Of a DNA stretch of 32,300 nt, positions 1 through 9,631 are shown one piece after another (position 1 is the stretch's first letter; each line of letters opens with the position of its first letter). This DNA is from Candidatus Pacearchaeota archaeon (GTDB lineage: Archaea; Nanobdellota; Nanobdellia; Pacearchaeales; GW2011-AR1): contig JAFCDU010000012.1 in assembly GCA_017609535.1 (NCBI GenBank), positions 1 through 32,300 of the forward strand. The letters run 5' to 3'. The translations under genes were made by a program, and so were the position numbers. Under the pieces are notes generated by a model. It was not told the DNA's origin. It ran no database searches and saw only the letters and a program-made list of their open reading frames with translations.

Positions 1-30
1 AGGGACTTGAACAACTCCTTTAATTTTATT

Positions 31-876
31 TTACTTATTTTTTTCTATTAATTTATCAACCAATTCAGTCATAATTTTAACAAACTCGTCTGCCCGTTTT
101 ATCCAGAAGTCAATTTCTTCGCCTGAAATTTGAATTTTTTTCCCATGAACAATGTCCTTTGCAATCTCATGAATTTTCTTATAATCTTCAACATATCTTT
201 CTTTTAGCATTTTTGTTTTAACGAAATTTTCATATAAGTTTCCTGGGATATGTTCTGGAGACGGCGGAATGACATTTGCAGCAATTAATGCGGCATGAGC
301 TGAATCAATGCAAGCCCAATAAAGCCCATCTACTGCAGATAATAATGAAGCTCTTGTTCTTGCCATATGATTTGGAGCCCTTTGCAATAGAGTATAAACT
401 GCTTCTGGAGTTGACCTAATCCGCCCTTCTTTTAATAAAAGTTGCAAAGGTGCAAAAAATCCTCCGTGGTCAATTAAAACTTCACCGTATCTTAGAACAT
501 TAATTATTACTGGATCGCCCCTAAATAAATCATTCCACCATGTTGATAGTTTTACAGAATTAACATGAAGGGATTTATTATATGGATTTAATCTTATTAA
601 TTTACCTAATTCTTCGCGATACCAAGCAATTAATTCCTGGTCCCACTTAACTGAAACATCATCTATAATTACAATTATATCAATATCTGATTCAGGAGTA
701 GAAACTTTTTTTGCAGAACTGCCGAATAAAATAATTGATTTTACAAGTTCTTCAAATTTTTTATAAACTTTTCCTGCAAAGTCCAGTGCAATATCCCTTT
801 CATTAATAAGCTTCATTGTATCTGGAATATTGGACTTTGATTTCTTTGATTTCTTAGAACTTTTTTTATTTGCCAT
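31..876 (-). CDS. Nucleotidyltransferase (MNT) - HEPN-like fusion protein
   Basis: N-terminal LFGSSAK...SDIDIIVIIDD (Pol-beta-family GS-x10-DxD motif); C-terminal helical HEPN-like region (LYWACIDSAHAALIAANVIPPSPEHI...KDIVHG). Confidence 0.75.
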   Translation of the reverse strand: MANKKSSKKSKKSKSNIPDTMKLINERDIALDFAGKVYKKFEELVKSIILFGSSAKKVSTPESDIDIIVIIDDVSVKWDQELIAWYREELGKLIRLNPYNKSLHVNSVKLSTWWNDLFRGDPVIINVLRYGEVLIDHGGFFAPLQLLLKEGRIRSTPEAVYTLLQRAPNHMARTRASLLSAVDGLYWACIDSAHAALIAANVIPPSPEHIPGNLYENFVKTKMLKERYVEDYKKIHEIAKDIVHGKKIQISGEEIDFWIKRADEFVKIMTELVDKLIEKNK

Positions 877-1033
877 TTTCCCTCTTTTATGATAATCAAA
901 ATAAAACAGATTTTATAAATGTTTTCAAGGCAGAATTATTAATCTAAAAAGCCGTGCAATGGCTCTGAGGTTTTTCAAAATTTAATTTTATTGTGTTTTA
1001 TTTAGAGTTATGCATTTATATAAATCCTGACGA

Positions 1034-2911
1034 TTATGCATTTGCTGTTCCGGAGAATCTTGACCTGGTTCCTGGGATTGCTCCTCCTAATTCCTGGGGC
1101 AACCCTGCGAAACCTGTTGCAACTTCATAAACTGAAAAATGTTTTTCAGGCATGTAAGCCAAAGGGAATGCTACATAACCACCAACCATTCCCATTGCAG
1201 TATTCCAATAAGGGGGCAAGGCGGCTTCATAAGCCCCTGGGCCAAGCCCATGCAAGGTTGCCTTTAATGGAGACATCTTTAAACCTAAATTTGGATTTAC
1301 TAATGCACCTGCTTCAATAACTGCTTTTGCTTTTTCCAGAGCTCCTGCTTTTTTCAATTTTTCAAAAATTTTCTTAAAAGGAACATCCCCCATTCCAGGT
1401 GCAAGATGAGAATCTGTATATCCAAAATTATCACTTAAATGGACATGCTTGACTAATTTAGCGATTTTTTCTGTTTCTTTAATAATATCTTCTTCAGTGA
1501 ATCCCCATTTTCTTAATTGATTTATATGGCCTGTATCCCATGTTGCTCCAATAAGTTTATCTGCTATTCTTTTTGCCTCTGCTTTTGAAACCTTTTCTTT
1601 TTCCATAATATTTTTTTCAAATTGTCTTTTACTTTCCTCAATTAAATTTTTCAAATCTTCTGCCCGAGAAAATGCCGCCCCTGGCTGCCAATTTTCAACA
1701 GCCATGATTGGGGCTTTCTCTCCCCATTTTTTATATGATTTAAAGGCAACATTTCCAATTGTTTCTGCAGATTTCTTCATTGCAAAGTCTTCAACATTTA
1801 CAAGAATTTGCGGAGGAGGCCCAAACCCCACAATCTTATCCCCCTTCTTTTCCATGGTTGTAACTTGCCTTAATCCATTAATTGCTTTATCCAATAATTC
1901 CTTTTGTGCAATCGGCTGCCAAATTTTACCTTCAACTTTCTTCATTTCTCTTGTATAATCCTCTGCGATTTTCATTAGCGCCTTTTTCTGCTGTGGAGTT
2001 CCATACTTATATGCCTTTTCAAATGAATTGTTGAAATTCATTCGAACATTATCTAAAAAAATTTCTGCTTCACGCAGTTTATTATATTGAATTCTCTCCT
2101 GAGGGCTCATATTCGCAATAGTTTTTTCATCTGCATTTGCATTAGAAAATCTTGCTAAAAATGCAGGTGCATTCCCAATAATTTCATCAGCATGCTTTTT
2201 GTAAAAGGCGAGATTTGTTAATTCCTGTTCCCATTTAGTTTTATTCACAGAATACAATCTTTCCTCAGGTGTGAGAATTCTCTCTTTAATCTCATGTTTT
2301 TTTAACTCCTCTTCTGTTAATTCTGGAAGAGCAACTCTCTCCCTCTTTAATTTTTGCATCTCCCCGGATTCTTGGTCAATTACAATAATCTCCTCTGCCC
2401 TGAACCTTCCTTTTTCACCTGGCTTTTTTTCTTTTTCAGGCCTCCATTCTGTTCCAGGTATTCCTGCAGATGAATGGATAACAACAGGCATATTCCCATT
2501 AATATCCATTTGATGCCCCCTCTTAACAACATCAAATAATCTTCTTTCAGCATCTTCTCTTCCCAATTCTCCTTGATAACCTCTTTGCGGGTCAAAGCCG
2601 GCAGGGTCAATCATTGGGGCATGCAGTGAAGGCCTTACTCCTGTTAATTTCATAATTGCTTTTATTTCTGCAAATTGTTCTTTAGGAATCTGCTCAAAAA
2701 CATCCGGCTGAATCTGTTGAATTTCAACATTTTTTACACCTTCACGGATTCTTGAAACAACTTCATTAACCTGATTAGCCACTTGAATCGAAGTTGTAGA
2801 ACTTAACTGGCCAAATGGAAGGCGATAACCTACGAAATTTCCATATTCTGGATTTAGAGAGGAGTATCCTCCTGTATAGAAGTTTTCATAGTTTATAGTT
2901 TCATATGCCAT
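1034..2911 (-). CDS. Xylose-isomerase/AP-endonuclease-2-like TIM-barrel protein with large helical insertion
   Basis: Metal-site motifs SLHAP, VIHSS, MAVEN, TWDTGH, VHLSDN, SHLAPGMGD, VIE; long charged helical insert; Tyr/Gly-rich N- and C-terminal tails. Confidence 0.75.
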   Translation of the reverse strand: MAYETINYENFYTGGYSSLNPEYGNFVGYRLPFGQLSSTTSIQVANQVNEVVSRIREGVKNVEIQQIQPDVFEQIPKEQFAEIKAIMKLTGVRPSLHAPMIDPAGFDPQRGYQGELGREDAERRLFDVVKRGHQMDINGNMPVVIHSSAGIPGTEWRPEKEKKPGEKGRFRAEEIIVIDQESGEMQKLKRERVALPELTEEELKKHEIKERILTPEERLYSVNKTKWEQELTNLAFYKKHADEIIGNAPAFLARFSNANADEKTIANMSPQERIQYNKLREAEIFLDNVRMNFNNSFEKAYKYGTPQQKKALMKIAEDYTREMKKVEGKIWQPIAQKELLDKAINGLRQVTTMEKKGDKIVGFGPPPQILVNVEDFAMKKSAETIGNVAFKSYKKWGEKAPIMAVENWQPGAAFSRAEDLKNLIEESKRQFEKNIMEKEKVSKAEAKRIADKLIGATWDTGHINQLRKWGFTEEDIIKETEKIAKLVKHVHLSDNFGYTDSHLAPGMGDVPFKKIFEKLKKAGALEKAKAVIEAGALVNPNLGLKMSPLKATLHGLGPGAYEAALPPYWNTAMGMVGGYVAFPLAYMPEKHFSVYEVATGFAGLPQELGGAIPGTRSRFSGTANA

Positions 2912-2943
2912 CTTTTTTAATTAAACAAAACAAATTTTTAAAT

Positions 2944-3465
2944 CTACTCATAATCTCTCAACATTCTTGCCCTTCTTTCTTTCCTTTCCTGCTCCCAAGG
3001 CATTTTTAATTCTTCCTTTCTTGCTTCAACTTCAGCAGGGGAATATTCATCGCTGCCTCTCTCTATCTCGGGGATTTCCAGCATCCCAACTCTTTGACGA
3101 TTCTCTCTATTCATTGTCGGCATTCCAACCATATTAATTTCTCTTGTTTCATTAAAAATTCTGCGAACCTGTCTTGGACCACCTTCTCGTCTTTCTGCTT
3201 CTTCATAGATTGTCTTGCTGTCGTCATAAGATTGCATATTTTCTGTTTCTCTTTCCTCTCTTTTTTGTTCCAATGGTTGGACAATTTCAGACTCTTCAAC
3301 ATTTTGCTCTAAAATAGGAGCTGTCTGACTAATACTTGTTCTTGAAACATCCTCATTGGAATCTGAAATACCTTCCAATACATCTTCTAGTTCTTCTTCA
3401 TTGTCTAGAGCTTCCTGATTTTCAGAATCTTCTTCAATTATTATTGGCGAATCATCCTTTTCCAT
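2944..3465 (-). CDS. Hypothetical acidic, probably disordered protein
   Basis: 173-aa ORF very rich in E/D/R; co-oriented with and 32 bp from the TIM-barrel gene. Confidence 0.65.
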   Translation of the reverse strand: MEKDDSPIIIEEDSENQEALDNEEELEDVLEGISDSNEDVSRTSISQTAPILEQNVEESEIVQPLEQKREERETENMQSYDDSKTIYEEAERREGGPRQVRRIFNETREINMVGMPTMNRENRQRVGMLEIPEIERGSDEYSPAEVEARKEELKMPWEQERKERRARMLRDYE

Positions 3466-3499
3466 TAATTATTAAAGAACTCTAACTTTATTAGTTTTT

Positions 3500-3522
3500 C
3501 TTTTAAACTGTATTGTTGCATT
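3500..3522 (+). repeat. Left TSD (CTTTTAAAC) + left terminal inverted repeat
   Basis: Read directly: cttttaaac|tgtattgttgcatt; resembles the IS26 TIR GGCACTGTTGCAAA. Confidence 0.88.
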
Positions 3523-3544
3523 TGGGAGCTGAGTTAGATAAAAA

Positions 3545-3694
3545 TTAATGTTTTTTCTTTTTGGGTTCTTTATCCCATCTTGCAGACTTACATTTAGGAC
3601 AAATGAGTGGTTTTTCATTTGGTGAACGAGGTATCCACTTATAACCACAGTTATTGCATTTATATCCTTTTACTTTTATTTCTATTTCCGGCAT
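3545..3694 (-). CDS. Small zinc-ribbon protein (49 aa), not in the ORF track
   Basis: Manual translation MPEIEIKVKGYKCNNCGYKWIPRSPNEKPLICPKCKSARWDKEPKKKKH*; two CxxC pairs, basic tail; TTTATAAA box at 3716-3723 upstream. Confidence 0.8.
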   Translation of the reverse strand: MPEIEIKVKGYKCNNCGYKWIPRSPNEKPLICPKCKSARWDKEPKKKKH

Positions 3695-3859
3695 AGTAAG
3701 ACTAAGATTCCATACTTTATAAATATTACTTTTTATGGTTATACTTTATTAGTAGTTACCTCACTACCGAAACATTTAAATAATAGTTTTACTTTATATA
3801 GTAAGAATAAATAAAGTAGGGCTCCGAAGAACTCTCAGATTTCACCCAACGCGAATTAA

Positions 3860-4691
3860 ATGAAATCCGACAATATAAAAGATATCAGGTATAAAAAGTT
3901 TCCTGCTCTTATTGTAGTTCTACTGATATTATTAAAAAATGATAGAATAACAGAAAATAGAGGGAAGATACAGAGATATGGATGTAAAGATTGTAGAAAA
4001 AGATTTGTAAAAGATGATTGTTTTTGAAAAATGAAAAACCATGAAAAGAGAGTAACTCTTTGTTTAGATTTATATTATAAAGGAATTACAAGCATTTTAT
4101 CCTAAAAAACGCTCATTATAGCATAGTTTATAGATGGATTATTTTTTAAGATTAATTCTGGTACAGAATTAATGAGTGATGAAATGGAATATCACAGATT
4201 AGGAGAACAAAACTGGTTTGTAGAGATGGATACAGAAACAAGATTTATGGTTTCCTCGGATTATATGAAAAGTAGAACTACCGGAAATTTAGTTGAAGTT
4301 CTAAAAAGAGCAAGAATTTCAACAATGGATCAAATTAAAGTTATACAACAGATGGCTTACGAAGTTATCCGAGAGTTTTAAAGAAAACATTTGGATTAAA
4401 GACACGTTGGAATCATAAAAGCAAAATATCCATAATGTGATTATTGCAGATGAAAGAGGTTCTAATCATAAGATTGAAAGATTGTATAATCCAATCAGAG
4501 AAAGAACAAAAACAACAAGAGGATTTCAGGTTCTTTAGAAAGTGCAAGAATAATTATGAAAAGGATTAAGATTTATTATAACTTCGTAAGAAAACATCAT
4601 GCTTTGAATTCAACCATGCTGAGATAGCAATCCATGAATTAAAATTAGAAAATAATAAATGATTAAGTTTGATTAAATTAAGCAAAACTAG
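3860..4691 (+). pseudogene. Degraded DDE transposase (InsA-like Zn ribbon + IS6-type DDE core)
   Basis: Fragments in several frames: CSYCSSTDII, RGKIQRYGCKDCRKRF, LDLYYKG, DEM...MDTETRFMVS, TDGLRSYP, NHKIERLYNPIRERTKTTRGF, YYNFVRKHHAL; multiple stops and frameshifts. The 4172-4381 ORF is one fragment. Boundaries approximate. Confidence 0.85.
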
Positions 4692-5740
4692 AGTGTTTGT
4701 TTCAAATAGGCATTACATTCCTCGGCACTCATAGAATAAGTTTTATAGTTAATCCCTCCTGGCAATTCGTCAATAGCCTCATTAGTTAAAAGAGAATCAG
4801 CACTTTCATTACTTTTCCAAGCATATCCACCGGGAATAGGATTTCCATCAAAATCATCTGATTTTACCCAAACCCTTCCTTCTCCATCAGTTCTTTCTGC
4901 CCCTATTGGTTCATCTTTTGCAGGACCATATTTTGGAACATAAGGTTTGCTTTTTTCAATACATTCATCATATAATTCTTCTATAGATTTAACCTTGATA
5001 TTTTCTTCCTCAAGAGTTTTATCTGAGCCAAAAGCCCAAACAGGACAGGTTCTATGAAAAATAACCTTGTCTTTTGATATAGTGCAACTTCCAGTGCATC
5101 CAGGATGGCTAGCTGAAGTTAATTCAAAATACCATACATCCTTTTCAGTATCATAACTAAAACTTCCTGACGGTTTTCTTCCTTCTTCTGTGCAAACCTC
5201 TGAACTAAATAAGATTTTATAAGCATCCTCTAAACTTATTGAAACATCAAAACAGTCATCTGTCTCAAAATGAATTCTACCTGTTCCTTCTTTTTTCCAG
5301 CAACCAACTTCTTTAATAAACTCAACTTCTTCTGGGTCTATAGTCATTGTTACAATATCTTGACAACCAGCCATATCACAAAAAGCTAAACTATGTCGTA
5401 TATTCCCCTTTACCTTTACTTCAACTACTCCACCTTTTTGGAGTTTCAAATTATCATAAAAGATAAGAGTATCAATTAATGATAATCCAGAATCTCTTAA
5501 ATCATCAATAAAAACACTATTTTTATCGTCACTTAGGACAAGAGGCCAAAAAGTTGATGTTCTGGTTAGATTTCCTTGTATCCAAATAGGTTCTGTTGGG
5601 CAACATATTTGATATGCTTGTGAGGGGGTTATGACTTCTCCAGGAAGTGGGGGGGCAGGTTTCGGTTTAAATAAATAGGTTCCAGCAACTATAATTGCTA
5701 CTAATACTATCACTCCAATAATTAAAATTAACTTTTTCAT
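4688..5740 (-). CDS. Secreted/membrane-anchored Cys-rich hypothetical protein (transposon passenger)
   Basis: MKK + long hydrophobic N-terminal helix, Pro-rich linker (KPKPAPPLPG), many Cys; lies between the TIRs. Confidence 0.75.
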   Translation of the reverse strand: MKKLILIIGVIVLVAIIVAGTYLFKPKPAPPLPGEVITPSQAYQICCPTEPIWIQGNLTRTSTFWPLVLSDDKNSVFIDDLRDSGLSLIDTLIFYDNLKLQKGGVVEVKVKGNIRHSLAFCDMAGCQDIVTMTIDPEEVEFIKEVGCWKKEGTGRIHFETDDCFDVSISLEDAYKILFSSEVCTEEGRKPSGSFSYDTEKDVWYFELTSASHPGCTGSCTISKDKVIFHRTCPVWAFGSDKTLEEENIKVKSIEELYDECIEKSKPYVPKYGPAKDEPIGAERTDGEGRVWVKSDDFDGNPIPGGYAWKSNESADSLLTNEAIDELPGGINYKTYSMSAEECNAYLKQTL

Positions 5741-5847
5741 ATTCCTACACCTTTATCCTCTTTTTAAATTATTTCTAAACTTCAATAGTAATTGAAATTA
5801 ATTTTAACCAGATTTTTTAGTATAAAAAACTTTGTGAATGCCCCGAC

Positions 5848-5870
5848 AATGCAACAATGCACTTTTAAAC
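5848..5870 (+). repeat. Right terminal inverted repeat + right TSD
   Basis: aatgcaacaatgca|cttttaaac read directly. Confidence 0.88.
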
Positions 5871-7369
5871 TAAGGTTTTTCAAAGACACTCTTAGTCGCT
5901 TCCCAAAATCCAGGCGTAGTTTCACCTTCTGTTTTCAGAGAAAATTCCTCAGGAGATGATGCCATACCGTGCGACTTTTTGAAGATATCATAGATTTTAT
6001 ATAAAGCTGATTTTGCCTTATTACCTGCAATTCTTCTAACTTCTTTTTCAACAAAATTGTCTTTTTTTATGTCTTTTAATGTTTTAATTTCTGATTTTTT
6101 TTCTTGCTTTTTTATCAGAAAACTAAATAATGCTGAAAAAGGATTTGTATCTTCCTGTTTTTTTTCTTGTTTTAGGGAGGGTTTTTCCTCAATTAAGAAG
6201 TGGTCTAAATCTTCCTTGAGCTGTTCCAGGGATTCTTCTGTTGATTCTTGGAATACCTTGAATGTATCTTCAACATCCTGCTTTTCCATTTCCAAATTGA
6301 TTAATTTTAATTCGTCATCATTCAGAACATAGCAATCAAACTCTATATCAACTCTCCCACCAAATCCATAATGGTGTTGTGTGACTTTCTGCGGGATTCC
6401 TCTAAATTCCAAGGAAACGAGATAACATTGATAATAATCTCTTTTTAATTTATATTTGCTGAATCCTCCTGGAAGGTCTCCTGACTCTACTGCATTTTTG
6501 AAATTAAATTTCTTTTTTCCAAATAAAACCAATTCAAACATTGCAGTATTAAATGCATTTACTAATGCAGGATTTCTATCAAAACCTTTTTGTTCAAGTT
6601 TTTCAGCTGCTTTTAGATATGGGCGCGCCCATTTTAAATAAAGTTTGATTGTTTCAACTTGTGAACGAAGATAGGATTTCTCAATCTCAAATCTTTTTTT
6701 TAATTCCTTTTCAGAGATTTTTTTCCATTTTAAAAATTCAGACATTCGAGGAATCAATATTCTCTTAACTTGTTCATTAATTGAACCACTCATTACCTCT
6801 CCTTCTTTTTCCTCCCCCGCCATTTTTCTTACATCTTCAACAGAATTTGCAACCATAAAGGCATCTCTGAGAGTTGTGAATCCTAACTCCATAGTCATCT
6901 GATTTATACTTCCCCTCCCCCTTTTAATATCTACATTATCCATCCATATTTGTTTTAATGCAAGCATCCCGTTCTCCCTTTTTTTTGGGTCGTCGGAATT
7001 AGCATCCTCATAGTGTTGAAGTCTAAGTTCAAATTCCTTTAAATCATAAAGTAAATTCAAAACAGATTTTATAACTTGATTAATTGCTCCAAGAATTTTC
7101 ATTCCTTCTTCCTGCATTCGCGTTGCTCTTGCTCCAATCTCGCTAAAATGCCCTGAACCAGGAGACGCCATAAAATTATCAACAATTTTTTCTATCTCTG
7201 CATTGACAGGAGGTTCTTGCATAAAATCAAGCAACCAGAAATAGATTGGTTCTAATGAAGACGAGGGTGCGTCATATCCAAGTTTAAATTTTAGAAGCGA
7301 TACTGGTTTTCCATTTTTAGAATATAACTTGGGATTCACTTTTGCAATTGCCTCTTTTATATCTCCCAT
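5870..7369 (-). CDS. Uncharacterised 499-aa helical protein
   Basis: Long clean ORF with globular-protein composition; no catalytic motif I can name. Confidence 0.75.
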   Translation of the reverse strand: MGDIKEAIAKVNPKLYSKNGKPVSLLKFKLGYDAPSSSLEPIYFWLLDFMQEPPVNAEIEKIVDNFMASPGSGHFSEIGARATRMQEEGMKILGAINQVIKSVLNLLYDLKEFELRLQHYEDANSDDPKKRENGMLALKQIWMDNVDIKRGRGSINQMTMELGFTTLRDAFMVANSVEDVRKMAGEEKEGEVMSGSINEQVKRILIPRMSEFLKWKKISEKELKKRFEIEKSYLRSQVETIKLYLKWARPYLKAAEKLEQKGFDRNPALVNAFNTAMFELVLFGKKKFNFKNAVESGDLPGGFSKYKLKRDYYQCYLVSLEFRGIPQKVTQHHYGFGGRVDIEFDCYVLNDDELKLINLEMEKQDVEDTFKVFQESTEESLEQLKEDLDHFLIEEKPSLKQEKKQEDTNPFSALFSFLIKKQEKKSEIKTLKDIKKDNFVEKEVRRIAGNKAKSALYKIYDIFKKSHGMASSPEEFSLKTEGETTPGFWEATKSVFEKP

Positions 7370-7447
7370 ATATTTCTTAATGTATTGGGATTTTTAAAGT
7401 TTCTGCGATATAAATAAATTTAAATAAATGCATTTCTTAGTAGGATT

Positions 7448-7747
7448 ATGTTCTGGAAAAAGAAAAAAATGATTGATATTAGCAGGTTGCATAAGAGAGG
7501 AATTAAAATTCCTAAAACTTCAGAGACAATTACAAATAAAGAGGGATTTGTAGAAGTTCCTAATTCTTCTTCAATGTCTTCCTCTTCTTTTGTTTCATCG
7601 CCCCAATCAGCGGATTCATATGATAAAAGAGAGATAGATGAAAAGATTGAGAGGCTGGATAATCTGATTTATAAATTGGAACAAAGAATTGAACTTCTTG
7701 AGAGGAAATTGGGTGTTGATGATTCAACTCCTAAAATTAATTGGTGA
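7448..7747 (+). CDS. Small hypothetical protein with Ser-rich linker and C-terminal coiled coil
   Basis: IDEKIERLDNLIYKLEQRIELLERKL heptad pattern; TTTAAATA box upstream; divergent from the 499-aa gene. Confidence 0.65.
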   Translation: MFWKKKKMIDISRLHKRGIKIPKTSETITNKEGFVEVPNSSSMSSSSFVSSPQSADSYDKREIDEKIERLDNLIYKLEQRIELLERKLGVDDSTPKINW

Positions 7748-7948
7748 TTTTCTACCCTCTTTTGGGGACCATATTCTGTTCTAATTTTGTTTGTTTCAAT
7801 AATAATTCTCTAAATTTATTTTTCCTTGATGTCTTTCACTTTTTCAAGATCCTATGAATTTGTTTAATTCTATGAAGTTAATTTTTTATATTTTTAAAAT
7901 TTATTTATAACACAATAAGTTTAAAACCTTCAGCACCTTTAAAATAAA

Positions 7949-9631
7949 ATGATAGAAAAAGAAATAATAGAGGCTCATGCTCTTGAAAATTCTCTTCTGC
8001 ATAAGGGAAAGGCAAAGACTCAGGCGGTTCTTAATGCATTATTTGCAGAAGGGCTTGAGAAAAAAGATATTCCTGTAATTATACCTAAAATTAATGAAAT
8101 TATAAAAAAAGTAAATTCGCTTTCTGAAAAAGAGAGGCAAAAGCGGTATGATGAAATTAAAGACAAGGCAAAAAAGAGAGAGATTAGAACAGGACTGCCT
8201 CCTTTAGAAAAGGCAAAAGTTGGTGAAGTTGTGATGAGAATCGCTCCTTTTCCATCCGGCCCCTTACATATTGGAAATGCCAGGCCATTGATTTTGAATG
8301 ATGAATATACAAAAAAGTATGACGGCAAACTTATTTTTGTTATGGATGACACAATTGGAAGCTCTGAGAAACCTGTTGAGCCAGATGCATATAATTTAAT
8401 TAAGGAAGGAGTTGATTGGCTTGGTATAGGGTATGATAAGATTATTTATAAATCAGACCGATTGGAAACTTATTATGCATATGCAGAGGAAATGATAAAA
8501 AAGGGTTATATGTATGTGTGTTCTTGTTCTCAAGAAGAGATGCATGAACTCCGTGTGAAGGGCATCTCATGCGGGTGTCGTGAATTAGATTCTGAAGAAC
8601 AGATGAAAAGATGGAAAAAGATGTTTTCAGCTTCTAAAGGGGAATTTACAATTAGACTCAAGACATCTATGCAGGATCCTAACCCTGCTTTTAGAGATAG
8701 AGTTATGTTCAAGATATCTGAAAGAACTCATCCCCGTGTTGGAAAAAAATATCGGGTTTGGCCGACCCTCGATTTCTCGTGGGCAATTGATGACCATCTT
8801 CTTGGAATCACACACATTCTAAGGGGGATTGACTTGCAAATAGAAACCAAGACAGAAAAATTCATTTGGGATATTTTTAAGTGGGAACACCCTGTTGTAA
8901 TTTACAATGGATTTCTTAATATTGAAGGCGTAAAAATTTCAAAATCAAAAGGAGCAAGAGAAGTTAAATCTGGTGAATATATTGGATGGAATGATCCGCG
9001 CTTATGGAGTCTGCAATCTCTTAGAGATAGAGGAATATTGGCGAAATCCATTAGAGAGTTTATTTTGTCAATGGGTGTTACAAAATCAAATTCAACAATC
9101 GCTGTTGATGTTTTGTATGCTTTAAATAGAAAGAACTTAGAAGATGCTCCGCGATATTTTTTTATTGAAAATCCTGTAAAAATAAAAATCTCTGGAGCAC
9201 CCAAATTAAATGCTAAACTTCCATTGCATCCATCTAAAAAACTTGGATTCAGGGAGTATCAGACAATGCAGGAATTTTATATAACAAAGCGGGATTTTGA
9301 TTTGATTGATGGTGCGAATTACAGATTAATGCATCTTTTTAATTTTAAAACCTCGCACAATCCATTGCGCGGCAAAGAATTTAATTTTATTTCTGAAAAA
9401 CCTGACAAGAGCTTGAATGCAAGATATATGCATTGGCTCCCTGCTAATGAGGACAATATTAAAGTTAATGTTAGAATGCCGGATAATTTGATTGTATCTG
9501 GATTAGGAGAGCCGGGGATTTTGAAATTGAAAAAGGGTGAGATTGTTCAATTTGAAAGATTTGGTTTTGCAAGACTGCATAAATTAAATAAAAAGGAAAG
9601 GACCGCAGAATTTTGGTTTGCTCATCGATGA
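7949..9631 (+). CDS. gltX: Glutamate--tRNA ligase (archaeal type)
   Basis: RIAPFPSGPLHIGN (HIGH), KISKS (KMSKS), DDHLLGITHILRG, C-terminal QFERFGF. Confidence 0.96.
   Translation: MIEKEIIEAHALENSLLHKGKAKTQAVLNALFAEGLEKKDIPVIIPKINEIIKKVNSLSEKERQKRYDEIKDKAKKREIRTGLPPLEKAKVGEVVMRIAPFPSGPLHIGNARPLILNDEYTKKYDGKLIFVMDDTIGSSEKPVEPDAYNLIKEGVDWLGIGYDKIIYKSDRLETYYAYAEEMIKKGYMYVCSCSQEEMHELRVKGISCGCRELDSEEQMKRWKKMFSASKGEFTIRLKTSMQDPNPAFRDRVMFKISERTHPRVGKKYRVWPTLDFSWAIDDHLLGITHILRGIDLQIETKTEKFIWDIFKWEHPVVIYNGFLNIEGVKISKSKGAREVKSGEYIGWNDPRLWSLQSLRDRGILAKSIREFILSMGVTKSNSTIAVDVLYALNRKNLEDAPRYFFIENPVKIKISGAPKLNAKLPLHPSKKLGFREYQTMQEFYITKRDFDLIDGANYRLMHLFNFKTSHNPLRGKEFNFISEKPDKSLNARYMHWLPANEDNIKVNVRMPDNLIVSGLGEPGILKLKKGEIVQFERFGFARLHKLNKKERTAEFWFAHR

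Larger units (their letters stand above)
3509..5861. mobile_element. IS6/IS1-like DDE transposon with passenger genes (now non-autonomous)
   Basis: TIRs TGTATTGTTGCATT (3509-3522) and AATGCAACAATGCA (5848-5861), 13/14 complementary; perfect 9-bp flanking direct repeat CTTTTAAAC (3500-3508 and 5862-5870); transposase remnant inside. Confidence 0.88.

Noticed and set aside
4024..4662. TGA codons at apparent Trp positions in the transposase (F*KMK, NK*LSLI), suggesting UGA recoding
   Set aside because: Host genes gltX, thrS and mcm end in TGA and the remnant also has frameshifts; TGG-to-TGA decay is sufficient.
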